This document shows, in pieces, positions 48,755 to 57,805 of a stretch of DNA of 64,000 nucleotides. A model generated the notes under the pieces. It did not search any database. It worked only from the letters and a program-made list of their open reading frames with translations, and had not been told where the DNA came from. The translations under genes and the position numbers were made by a program. Every line of letters begins with the position of its first letter. Position 1 is the first letter of the stretch. Origin of the DNA: Terriglobia bacterium (GTDB lineage Bacteria; Acidobacteriota; Terriglobia; JAJPHL01; JAPKYU01); NCBI GenBank assembly GCA_965223005.1, contig CBDCVK010000010.1, forward strand, positions 288,001 through 352,000, written 5' to 3'.

Positions 48755-50332
48755 TTACCCGTCGGCGGAGCTTATCTCGACGCGGTTGCGCCCTGCACGC
48801 TTGGCTCGATAGAGGGCCGAATCTGCGGCACGCAGGATTGCCTCCACTTCCTCTTCCTGTTTTTGGCCACCGAAGGTAACCCCCATGCTGAGCGTGACGG
48901 GAATGACGCCGTCGTCCGTGGACACAGGTTCAGTACCGACAAGTGTCCGGATGCGTTCGGCCTGGTCCACGGTTACCTCGTTGGATCCCGACAGGACGAT
49001 CAAGAACTCTTCGCCGCCATACCGGCCCACCGCGTCGTAAGTGCGCACAGCCCCATTGATTCTTTGGGCAGATTCGCGCAGCACAGCGTCGCCCGCCAAG
49101 TGCCCGTAGGTGTCGTTGATGTTCTTGAAGTGATCCAGGTCGGCCATGATAACGCCGACGGAGGTCCCTTCGCGCTGGGCGCGAACCAGTTCCCGTTTCA
49201 AGATGTCCAGGATTGCCCCGCGGTTCCACAGGCCGGTCAAAGCGTCGTGAGTGGCCTGAAAGCGGTACTCGTCGGTTTTCGCAAGGTCCTCCTGCACCGC
49301 TTCCATCTGTGAGGTCAGGTCATCGACCAGATGGGTCATGGAGCCCTTGGCCGCGTCCATTTCTCGTAATTGTTCATTGAGTTTGGTTTCCTCTGAGATC
49401 AAGTGGTCGCGTTGGTCGACCACTTGATCGTGGGTAGTCTTCAGCTCGTCCAGTTCCTCGGCGAGTCGGCGCGCTTCACTCCGGTCGTCGGCGACTTTTG
49501 CAGCTGCTACTTGCTCGGCCGGAGTGCCGGAGGGCAGCGTCTGCCTGGACAGGTCCGCCATGCTCAGGATGTGATGGCGCCTGGCGTCTTCTTCCGAACC
49601 AGCGAAGTTCGCACGCGCGGCCGCCGCCGCTTCACCCAGAGCGACGGCGACGCTCCGCCGGCCTTCGGGCTGCTCTTCCACCCGGACGACGTACCCTTCC
49701 TGCTCGATGTCGTTGTAACCCACATAAGGGAAGGCCACCAGCACCTCCGTGCCGACGCGGTACTCCTGGTCGGTCGCAAAAAAGATGCCCTCCTTGCTGG
49801 CATTCACCACGGCCCTGATGTCGGGGCCGCCGACCGCCCATTTCTTTCGGCGCACCCGGGCGTTCGCCTTCATCTTGATTCGGCGATGGCGCCGCCTATT
49901 GACACCGGGCGCGACCGTCGTCACGGGCTTCTTCGGTTGAGGAACGACGGGCCGTTCTCCTAGCACCTGCTGCAGTTTCCGGCGCAGCTCGGGACGGCTA
50001 AAGGGCTTGATCACGTAAGGGAGGTGCCGATCGTCAATGAAATCCCAGGTGGCTTCCGAGGCGATATCGCCGGTCACAAAAATGACTCGTCGCTGGTACT
50101 CGGGGAAGTCGTTCTTCACCTGCTCGTAGAATTCCTTGCCGTTCATCTCGGCCATCCACATATCGCAGAGGATGGCGTCGTAACGGTTTTCCGGCAGCTT
50201 GGCCAGTGCCTCGCGCGGTGAGGTCAATACCTCGACCGAACAGTCCTCCGCTTCCAGGAGCTTGCGCATGATCACCAGCGCCATCTCGTCGTCGTCAATC
50301 GCCAGAATCTTAGCTGGTTCTTGGGCGCTCAT
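48755..50332 (-). CDS. Diguanylate cyclase: REC-PilZ-coiled coil-GGDEF
   Basis: REC YDAILCDMWM; PilZ RRHRR and NASKEG; HDALTGLWNR, DLDHFKNINDTYGH, I-site RTYD, GRYGGEEF. Confidence 0.92.
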   Translation of the reverse strand: MSAQEPAKILAIDDDEMALVIMRKLLEAEDCSVEVLTSPREALAKLPENRYDAILCDMWMAEMNGKEFYEQVKNDFPEYQRRVIFVTGDIASEATWDFIDDRHLPYVIKPFSRPELRRKLQQVLGERPVVPQPKKPVTTVAPGVNRRRHRRIKMKANARVRRKKWAVGGPDIRAVVNASKEGIFFATDQEYRVGTEVLVAFPYVGYNDIEQEGYVVRVEEQPEGRRSVAVALGEAAAAARANFAGSEEDARRHHILSMADLSRQTLPSGTPAEQVAAAKVADDRSEARRLAEELDELKTTHDQVVDQRDHLISEETKLNEQLREMDAAKGSMTHLVDDLTSQMEAVQEDLAKTDEYRFQATHDALTGLWNRGAILDILKRELVRAQREGTSVGVIMADLDHFKNINDTYGHLAGDAVLRESAQRINGAVRTYDAVGRYGGEEFLIVLSGSNEVTVDQAERIRTLVGTEPVSTDDGVIPVTLSMGVTFGGQKQEEEVEAILRAADSALYRAKRAGRNRVEISSADG

Positions 50333-50387
50333 CTTTTTTGGCACGGCGGGGGCAACCGCCTACTTTCCCTAGCCGAGCAACGCCGCC

Positions 50388-51650
50388 CTAAACTTTAGAG
50401 GCGCGCCACTCCGGGATAGGCACCCCCGGCTCACTCCCAGCCTCAACTGTCTTTTCGGCACGCGGCAAATAGATCGTGAATGCCGTACCTCGACCCAGTT
50501 CGCTGTCAGCCCAGATATAACCGCCCGTCTGTTTGACAGCCCCGTAGACGGCCGCCAGGGAAAGCCCAGCCCCTTTACCTTTTTCCTTGATAAGGAGAAA
50601 AGGCTCGAAGATGTGGGCCAGTGTCTCTTCGTCCATACCGAGCCCGCTGTCGCGTGCGACGAGCATGACATACGAGCCTGGTCGGGCACCGGGGTGCCGC
50701 TGGGCATAGTCCTCGTCCAGTTCGATGTTTGCTGTTTCGAAGGTGAGTTTGCCACCCTGGGGCATGCTGTCGCGAGCGTTGAGCGTCAGGTTCAGAACGA
50801 CTTGCTCGGTCTGCCCCCGGTCGCCTTTCACCCGTCCCAATGCCGCCCCTGGTTTGATCACCATCTCAATCTGGTCGCCGACCAGTCGCCGCAGCATCGT
50901 CTCCATCCCTGCGCTCAGACTGTTTAGATCGAGCAGCTCCAGCGTCTGCACGTGTCTGCGGAAAGCCAGCAGCTGCCGGGCCAGTGAGTTCGCCCGCTCG
51001 TTCGCCTGTTGGATTTGCTCGACGTACTCCCGCACTGGATCGTCCGCGCCGATCTGGTCCAGCGCCAGCTCGCTGTAACCTTTGATGAGCCCCAGCAAGT
51101 GGTTGAAGTCATGAGCCACTTTGCCGGCCAGACGTTCTAGCGCATCGATGTTCTGCATCTGGCTCATCTCCGCCTGCGCTTGCTGGATCGCCTTCTTGGC
51201 CTTGCCCGTGCGCTTATCCGAAAGAAGGTGCTGTTCGACACGTTCGAGGAGCTGATCGGGGGCCTCGCTGGGTTGATATGCCGTCCATCCGGCCGCAAAG
51301 GTAATCGGAATCTTCTCTCCGGCGGAGTCCATTTCCAACCCATCCAGGCGGGCTACCATGTGAGGCACCCGTGAGGGGATAGATTCAGTCAACAGCACCA
51401 GAAATTCATCGGCGCCCATGCGTACCGCCACGTCGGAACTGCGGATCGACTTTTTCAGGCGATCCGCAAATTCCTTGAGCACCATGTCGCCAGTAGGCTG
51501 GCCATAGTGGCTGTTGATCTGTTTGAAATTGTTGAGGTCGAGCATCAGCAAGTTCACCGGGTAGCCGTGCCGTTGAGAGCGTGCCAACTCAGTCGTCAGG
51601 TGTTGCTCCAGGAATTGGCGGTTGTAGAGGCCGGTGAGCGAGTCGAGCAT
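50388..51650 (-). CDS. Degenerate GGDEF (GADEF) domain fused to a histidine kinase (HisKA-HATPase); 5' region decayed
   Basis: DSLTGLYNR, DLNNFKQIN, RSSD..VRMGADEF; LAGKVAHDFNHLL, NLTLNARDSM, DSGLGM, IFEPF, GKGAGLSL. Confidence 0.85.
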   Translation of the reverse strand: MLDSLTGLYNRQFLEQHLTTELARSQRHGYPVNLLMLDLNNFKQINSHYGQPTGDMVLKEFADRLKKSIRSSDVAVRMGADEFLVLLTESIPSRVPHMVARLDGLEMDSAGEKIPITFAAGWTAYQPSEAPDQLLERVEQHLLSDKRTGKAKKAIQQAQAEMSQMQNIDALERLAGKVAHDFNHLLGLIKGYSELALDQIGADDPVREYVEQIQQANERANSLARQLLAFRRHVQTLELLDLNSLSAGMETMLRRLVGDQIEMVIKPGAALGRVKGDRGQTEQVVLNLTLNARDSMPQGGKLTFETANIELDEDYAQRHPGARPGSYVMLVARDSGLGMDEETLAHIFEPFLLIKEKGKGAGLSLAAVYGAVKQTGGYIWADSELGRGTAFTIYLPRAEKTVEAGSEPGVPIPEWRASKV

Positions 51651-51656
51651 GGCCAG

Positions 51657-51763
51657 CTAGCGCAACTCCTCCGTCGAAATTGCAGCATCCCAAGGATCGC
51701 ATTCAGCCAGAGCCACCCGTCTCGTCGTTCGAGTCGCTGTATCCTTACCTGAATCTCGCGCAT
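51657..51763 (-). pseudogene. Decayed N-terminal sensor segment of the GGDEF-kinase gene
   Basis: ATG at 51763 gives MREIQVRIQRLERRDGWLWLNAILGML, out of frame with the downstream ORF; in-frame TAG at 51657-51659 (EELR*LAMLDSLTG). Confidence 0.5.
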
Positions 51764-52005
51764 ACCTTTGCTACCGTGGCCCCCCGTAACGAACTGCCCG
51801 TAACGAAGTGAAAGATAGACAGATTATAGCAGGCTTCGAATCCGGCTTCACAAAGACACCCTTGCCAGACAACCCAGACGCTCGCGACCTTCGTTTTTAT
51901 TGGATGTCGAAACCTCGGTTGCCTCTCAAGGCCTCTCTAGGGCCGCGGTGAAGATTCAAGCAAGACCGACCACGCCAGGGTCCGCTCTTAGGGGGGAGGC
52001 GGTTT

Positions 52006-53022
52006 TCATCCCTGCATGTCTCCGGGTGCCTCCGCGACCATCTTTCGAAATTCGTTAAAGACATGTGGATCCCACCAGCCTTTTTCGACCTCCTCCACCA
52101 TCGTCGTCAACGCTTCCTCCACCGACAAAGGGCGTTTGTAGGGCCGCTCAGTGGTCAGCGCGTCGTACACATCCGCAATTTGCAGCACCCGCGCTGTCAT
52201 GGGAATCTGCTCACCTTTGAGCCCGTCCGGATAGCCCGACCCGTTGAACCGTTCGTGGTGATGACGGATGATGGGCACTGCCAATCGAAACGACTTCAGT
52301 GGTGCGCAGATGCGCTCACCGATCACTGTATGTTGGCGCATAACCGCCCACTCGTCCGATGTCAGCGGGCCCGGTTTGAGCAGAATGGCATCGGGCACGG
52401 CCACCTTGCCAACGTCGTGCACGATGCCGGCCCGTCGTAAAGCGGTGATCTCGTCGGGCGGCAACCCGACGCGCTCGCCCAAGCGGGACGAGTAGTCTGA
52501 CAACCGCTCGCAGTGGCCTTCAGTGTAAGGGTCTTTGCCTTCAATGCTGCGAGCCAGGGCAAACAAAACCGACTCGGCGCGCTCCAACTCATCGGTGTAT
52601 CCCTTCAGGGCGAGCAGGGAGCGGACCCGTGCGAGAAGCTCGTTGCGATCCACTGGCTTGCTCAAGAATTCGTTGGCGCCAGCCTCAATACCTTGAATAC
52701 GGTCTTCGGTGGCCGCAAGCCCGGTGACCAACACCACCGGCGTCAATCGGGTCTCGGGGTTCTGTTTGAGGTGTCGGCAGACCTCGAAACCGCCCATGCG
52801 CGGCATTTGTACGTCCAGCAACACCAAGTCGGGTCCGCGACGCGCGAACTCTTCCAGCGCTTCGTGGCCGTCGCCGGCGGTGATTATCTCGAATCCCTGT
52901 GGCCGCAGCAGTCCAGCCAGAAGGTTGCGAAAGGCTGGGTCGTCATCAACGATCAGGATAGTTGGAATCACGCTCTGTTCCCTTTTCCCGAGAAAATCCC
53001 CCAGACCCAGCTGCTCCACCAC
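52006..53022 (-). CDS. REC-HD-GYP c-di-GMP phosphodiesterase (RpfG-like)
   Basis: ILIVDDD...DLVLLDVQMP; KDPYTEGHCER, HDVGK, HHHERFNGSGYPDGL, ADVYDALT.ERPYK. Confidence 0.94.
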   Translation of the reverse strand: MVEQLGLGDFLGKREQSVIPTILIVDDDPAFRNLLAGLLRPQGFEIITAGDGHEALEEFARRGPDLVLLDVQMPRMGGFEVCRHLKQNPETRLTPVVLVTGLAATEDRIQGIEAGANEFLSKPVDRNELLARVRSLLALKGYTDELERAESVLFALARSIEGKDPYTEGHCERLSDYSSRLGERVGLPPDEITALRRAGIVHDVGKVAVPDAILLKPGPLTSDEWAVMRQHTVIGERICAPLKSFRLAVPIIRHHHERFNGSGYPDGLKGEQIPMTARVLQIADVYDALTTERPYKRPLSVEEALTTMVEEVEKGWWDPHVFNEFRKMVAEAPGDMQG

Positions 53023-53237
53023 CGGAAAAGCTGCACCCGGTAGCGCGGCAACGGCCGACTGCGCTACCCGTAGGTTTCTTCAATGGCCTCCACAAGAAGC
53101 GCCCGCGAGCATCATAGGTGCAGACAGCGCTGCCGCCAGCCTGCGGCTTACGCACGCCATTTTACCCTGCGCAGCACAAGTCAGCCAACAATGTAGCCCA
53201 ATCCGCTGCCCAGATGATGCTGGGGTTCCTTTGTAGT

Positions 53238-53333
53238 CAGCACCAAATCTACGACATCGTGTTCGAGGCGCCGGGCTTCGATGGCGAGAAGCTAGTGAAC
53301 CCCGCCTATGTTACGGTGTTCCACAACGGTGTG
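53238..53333 (+). pseudogene. Internal fragment of a DUF1080 (3-keto-disaccharide hydrolase) gene
   Basis: [30 protein letters not shown] matches the DUF1080 core Q.YDI.F.AP.F...PA.VTV.HNGV; no start or rest of gene. Confidence 0.6.
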
Positions 53334-53389
53334 CCTGGGGCGTGACGAACCGTGAGACCGAAAGCGTGGGTGCGGCGGGCTTCTCGCTA

Positions 53390-54076
53390 CTAGCGGGCTG
53401 GGGGGGCGTTCTTCTTTTGGTTGAAAGTGCGGATAACGCGCGACACGTAGTTGCGTGTTTCCCGATAGGGAGGGATTCCTTTATAGGCTTCCACCTTTCC
53501 CGGTCCGGCATTGTAGGCGGCCAGGGCCAGGGCCAGGTCGTGGTTGTACAGGTCAAGCAACTGGCGCAGGTAGCGCGTGCCGGCCTCCACATTTTGCGCG
53601 GCATCGAATACGTCGTGGACGCGCAGCGCGCGCGCCGTCTCGGGCATCAACTGCATCAGGCCGCTCGCCCCTTTCGGTGAGACCGCCAGCGGGTTGCCGG
53701 CCGATTCAACGTGAATCACGCTCTCGATCAGGTCGGGATCCAGACCGTGGGCCTCGCCTGCGCTCCGAACCAACTGCCGCAGGTCACCGTCCTCGGGTTC
53801 GCCAAGCCCCGCGGCCGCAGGGGACGCAACCCCCGGGACGCGTTCATCAGCTTCGAAGCGCTGGATGTCACCTGCACGAACTTCTACGACCCCGCCGCCG
53901 ACCAGGAACAGGCGCGTCACCGCTCCGCTCCGCTCGTAGCGCTCGATTTCGAGGCGGAACCCGGTCTTGAAAACCGCGTACTCGGCCGCCGGCAGGTGAG
54001 CGGCAGTCAATAGGACAAGAAGCGGCAGCCACCGCCCCGCCTGCTGCATCACGCGTCTCAATCTCGAACTCCGCAT
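53390..54076 (-). CDS. Soluble lytic transglycosylase (SLT domain), exported
   Basis: VIHVESAGNPLAVSPKGASGLMQLMP, NVEAGTRYL, ALAAYNAG, PPYRETRNYV. Confidence 0.93.
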   Translation of the reverse strand: MRSSRLRRVMQQAGRWLPLLVLLTAAHLPAAEYAVFKTGFRLEIERYERSGAVTRLFLVGGGVVEVRAGDIQRFEADERVPGVASPAAAGLGEPEDGDLRQLVRSAGEAHGLDPDLIESVIHVESAGNPLAVSPKGASGLMQLMPETARALRVHDVFDAAQNVEAGTRYLRQLLDLYNHDLALALAAYNAGPGKVEAYKGIPPYRETRNYVSRVIRTFNQKKNAPPAR

Positions 54077-54089
54077 TTTGCGCCCTGCA

Positions 54090-54947
54090 CTAGGCTAAGA
54101 TCCAACGCTCGACGGCATCGGCCACACCTGCCTGGTTGCAGTGGGCCGTGACCTGCCAGCCGTTGGACTTCAGTTCAGCCACGGCGTTGTCCATGACCAC
54201 GGGCCGCCCGGCGAATTCCAGCATCTCGCGGTCGTTGAAGTTGTCCCCGATGGCCATCACCTCCTCGCGGCGGCAACCCTGGCGTTGGGCCCAGGCCTGC
54301 ACCGCATGGCCCTTTGAGCAGCGGCGATTGATGACATCCAAGATACTCAAATCCTTGGTCACGTACTCGGTTTTCAGCAGGCGGAACTCGGCACGGAAGG
54401 GGGAGTCGAGCAGCCTGCTTTCGATCTGGCGCAATACCTCGACAGGCCCGGTGTACATGACCTGCAGGGGCTCCTCGGGCGCCCGAGCCTGCAGCGTTTC
54501 CTCCAGCGAGGCGAAGCTGACAAACTGGGGGTTGCGCTCCAGCCAAGCCAGGAAGGTGGGCGTTCGCTTCTCCAGCCGTTCCAGCACAAGTTGCCCGGGA
54601 CCGTCCACATCGTAAGCCAGCAGCGTGTAGTCACGCCAGCGCTGCGTCCATTCCAGCGCCCGTGCCGCCGTCTCCCTGGCGAGCAGGTCGCGGTAGTAGG
54701 ACTGGCCGCTGCGCGACTTTACCAGGGCGCCGTTACTGGTGATCATCACCAACTCGAACGGGAGCAATTGCGCCACGGGAAGCGCGAAGGCGAACCGCCG
54801 CCCGGTCACCAACACCACCTCCACGCCGGCGTTATGGGCCGCCTCCAGTGCCGACGCGTTACGCGGCGGCAACTGCGAGTGGGTGTCCAGCAGCGTGCCG
54901 TCAATATCTATCGCCAGCAGACGAATGGCGGGCTGCATCACTTCCAT
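54090..54947 (-). CDS. Cof-type HAD-IIB hydrolase
   Basis: DIDGTLL, VTGRR, SNGA, SKG, AIGDNFNDREML. Confidence 0.93.
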   Translation of the reverse strand: MEVMQPAIRLLAIDIDGTLLDTHSQLPPRNASALEAAHNAGVEVVLVTGRRFAFALPVAQLLPFELVMITSNGALVKSRSGQSYYRDLLARETAARALEWTQRWRDYTLLAYDVDGPGQLVLERLEKRTPTFLAWLERNPQFVSFASLEETLQARAPEEPLQVMYTGPVEVLRQIESRLLDSPFRAEFRLLKTEYVTKDLSILDVINRRCSKGHAVQAWAQRQGCRREEVMAIGDNFNDREMLEFAGRPVVMDNAVAELKSNGWQVTAHCNQAGVADAVERWILA

Positions 54948-55020
54948 GCTAACACGCCAGGTCCATGCTCGCACGCCCGGGGCTGGATGCGGTTGTGGGA
55001 AGAGGCTTACAATGCTTTCC

Positions 55021-55149
55021 ATGTCGCGCCCGATTCTTGTGGATCTCAGCCATGCCGTCGAAGGCAGTCAGTATCCGGAGCTGCCGGCCCCGTACCATCG
55101 CTATGAAGAGGGGACGGATTTGGCCGCCCTGCCGTTGGAAAAAATTGCG
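55021..55149 (+). pseudogene. Internally deleted cyclase/kynurenine formamidase-family remnant
   Basis: MSRPILVDLSHAVEG..YPELPAP joined directly to PYHRYEEGTDLAALPLEKIA; the intervening metal-binding HxGTxxD segment is absent. Confidence 0.5.
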
Positions 55150-55190
55150 TGCCAATATGCGTGCCAATTCATATGCGTGATAGTCTCCGG

Positions 55191-55220
55191 CTCCCCATGA
55201 CTCCCCATGACTCCCCATGA
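55191..55220 (+). repeat. Perfect 10-bp tandem repeat (CTCCCCATGA)x3 overlapping the thrC start codon
   Basis: Seen directly. Confidence 0.9.
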
Positions 55221-56447
55221 CCGACGTCACTCATCTGGAATGCTGGCGCTGCCAGCGAGGGTTTGAGGCGGACAGGCCGCATACCCTGTGTCCTTGCGGC
55301 GGGCCGCTGTTGGTACGCTACGACCTGCGTTCGGTGGCTGGCCACCAAACCCGCGAGTCGCTGGCCGAGGGTCCAGCCAACATGTGGCGCTATCGCGCGT
55401 TGCTTCCCTGCAAGCGAGAAGATTCGGTGGTGACACTGGGCGAGGGGTTCACCCCGCTGTTGCGCGCTCGCCGACTGGGCCGGCTCTGCGGCGCGTCCCG
55501 TCTGTTCATCAAAGACGAGGGGCAAAACCCCACCGGCTCCTTCAAAGCGCGCGGGCTTTCCTGCGCGGTTTCGATGGCGCGCGAACTTGGGCTGACGCGG
55601 CTAGCCATGCCCTCGGCGGGCAACGCGGCTTCTGCCATGGCCGCCTACGCCGCCGCCGCAGGCCTGGAAGCGCATGTCTTCCTGCCCGCGGACGCCCCTC
55701 GCGCCAACGTGGTGGAATGTCGCACCTACGGTGCCCGGGTCACGCTGGTCCCCGGACTGGTCAGTGATTGCGCGCGCCTCGTCACTGAGCGTGCGCCACA
55801 GGAAAACTGGTTCGACGTCTCCGCCATGAAGGAGCCCTATCGGGTGGAAGGAAAGAAAACCATGGGCTACGAGCTAGCCGAGCAGCTCGGCTGGACGCTG
55901 CCCGATGTCATTGTGTATCCCACCGGCGGTGGAGTTGGACTGATCGGCATGTGGAAAGCCTTCGAGGAAATGGAGCAGGTGAGCTGGATCGAAGGCTCAG
56001 CGCGCCCCAAGATGGATGATTGTGGTGCAGGCGGCGGGATGCCAACCCCTGGTGCACGCTTTCGAACAAGGCGCTAACCACGCGCAGTTCTTTGAAGGCG
56101 CCCACACGCTGGCGGCCGGGCTGCGCGTCCCCAAGCCGCTGGCCGACTCCCTCATCCTGGAGATTGTCCGGGCCAGCCACGGCAGCTGTGTCAGCGTCAA
56201 TGATGAGGAGATCCTGGAAGGGGTGCGTGAGATCAGTTCCACCGAGGGTATCCTGCCCGCCCCGGAAGGGGCCGCCTGTCTCCCTGCATACCGCAAGTTG
56301 CTCGCCTCGGGGTTCCTGACGCCTGAAGACTCGGTGGTGCTGTTCAACACCGGCTCGGGACTGAAATATCTGGATGTGCTTGAACGCGCAGCAGAAATTC
56401 CCAGAGGGTCCGAGGCCAACATCGGCGGCTTGATTACCCCCTTTTGA
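55217..56447 (+). CDS. thrC: Threonine synthase-like PLP enzyme; frameshift from a GATG duplication at 56011-56018
   Basis: N-terminal CxxC/CPC, MWRY, TLGEGFTPL, KDEGQNPTGSFKARG, SAGNA, RVEGKKTMG, YPTGGG, then IVVQAAGC, APEGAA, FNTGSGLKY in the second frame. Confidence 0.85.
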
Positions 56448-56610
56448 ATTCAACTGTTAAGGATTGAGCCATTGACCATTGGCTGGGCGCTCGCCCGTGT
56501 CGCCTATCCCTCTTCTTGCATGATGAGCCTATGCAGATTCATCCCCACGATTTCCAATGCGCACTGTAGCGGGAACAGCAGAAACCACCTTGCGGTGCTA
56601 GAATCGCCGG

Positions 56611-57801
56611 GTGAGCGAGCGGCTCTACTACCACGATTCGTTTCTCAGGACGTTTGAGGCGCGGGTGGTTCGCCTCGACCCAGAAGGCGTGGTGCTGGAC
56701 CGTACGGCCTTTTACCCCACCGGAGGCGGCCAGCCGCATGACACCGGGATGCTGGGTGGCGCGCCGGTGGTTGAGGTTCTGGAGAACCAGCGGGGCGAGA
56801 TTTTACATCGGCTCGAAGGAGCGGTGCAGGGCCAGGTCGGCGAGACGGTACATGGGGAAATTGACTGGCCCCGCCGCGCGGATCACATCCAGCAGCATTC
56901 AGGCCAGCACCTGCTGTCGGCGGTCTTCGTGCGTCGTTTCGAGTTCCCCACAGTGAGCTTCCACCTGGGTGCTGAGATGTCAACGATTGACCTGGGCACC
57001 GCGGCGGTCTCACCCGAACAGGTGCGGCAGGCCGAGGAGGTGGCAAACGAAGTCGTGTTCGAAGACCGCTCGCTGCGCGTCTGGTTCGCCACCCCGGACG
57101 AGGCCAAGGCCCTGCCGTTGCGCAAGGACGTGGCCCGCGAAGGCGAGCTGCGGCTGGTGGAGATTCCCGAGCTCGACCTGACCGCCTGCGGTGGTACGCA
57201 CGTTGCGCGCACCGGGCAAATCGGTGCGGTGCTCGTGCGAAAAGTGGAAAAATGCAAGCAGGGAGTGCGGGTGGAATTTGTATGTGGGCGGCGCGCCGTT
57301 CGCGTGGCCAGGCTGGACTACACGGCGCTGGCGGAAGCCGCCAACATCCTCACCACCCACCCGCATCAAGTAGCCGCGCTGGTGGACAGGCAGCTCCATG
57401 CTCTCAAGGCAGCCGACAAGGAACGGCAGAAGTTGCTGGAAACGCTGGCGGGCTATGAGGCACGTCAGATGTATGCTGAGGCGCAGGAGTCCAATGGCGT
57501 CCGTCAACTGGTGAAGTTGTTCGATGCGGGCGATCCCGGCTACGTTCGCTGGCTCGCCAGCCGGTTTGCCGCGCAGGGCGGCACGGGGCAGGGAGCGCGG
57601 GCCTTGTTCGCCCTACGGCAACCACCTACGCTGGTGTTGGCCCAGTCGCCCGGGCTGGCGGCGAACCTGGGCGCGTTAGTGAAGGAGCTGGCGGGGAAGT
57701 ACGGGCTGCGGGGCGGCGGTTCAAGGGATGCAGCGCAGGCGGGTGCAGCCGACGCAGCCTCGGTGGAGCGCGCGTTGGAAGCCATCCGTCGCCAGGTGTG
57801 A
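56611..57801 (+). CDS. Alanyl-tRNA editing protein (AlaX-L) with DHHA1 domain
   Basis: LDRTAFYPTGGGQPHD, QQHSGQHLLS (HxxxH), ACGGTH, C-terminal RGGGS..AAQAG. Confidence 0.9.
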   Translation: MSERLYYHDSFLRTFEARVVRLDPEGVVLDRTAFYPTGGGQPHDTGMLGGAPVVEVLENQRGEILHRLEGAVQGQVGETVHGEIDWPRRADHIQQHSGQHLLSAVFVRRFEFPTVSFHLGAEMSTIDLGTAAVSPEQVRQAEEVANEVVFEDRSLRVWFATPDEAKALPLRKDVAREGELRLVEIPELDLTACGGTHVARTGQIGAVLVRKVEKCKQGVRVEFVCGRRAVRVARLDYTALAEAANILTTHPHQVAALVDRQLHALKAADKERQKLLETLAGYEARQMYAEAQESNGVRQLVKLFDAGDPGYVRWLASRFAAQGGTGQGARALFALRQPPTLVLAQSPGLAANLGALVKELAGKYGLRGGGSRDAAQAGAADAASVERALEAIRRQV

Positions 57802-57805
57802 ACCT

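Noticed and set aside
51657-51659. In-frame TAG as possible pyrrolysine or amber read-through
   Set aside because: No pyl genes are seen, the upstream region is also out of frame, and TAG is a normal stop for many genes here
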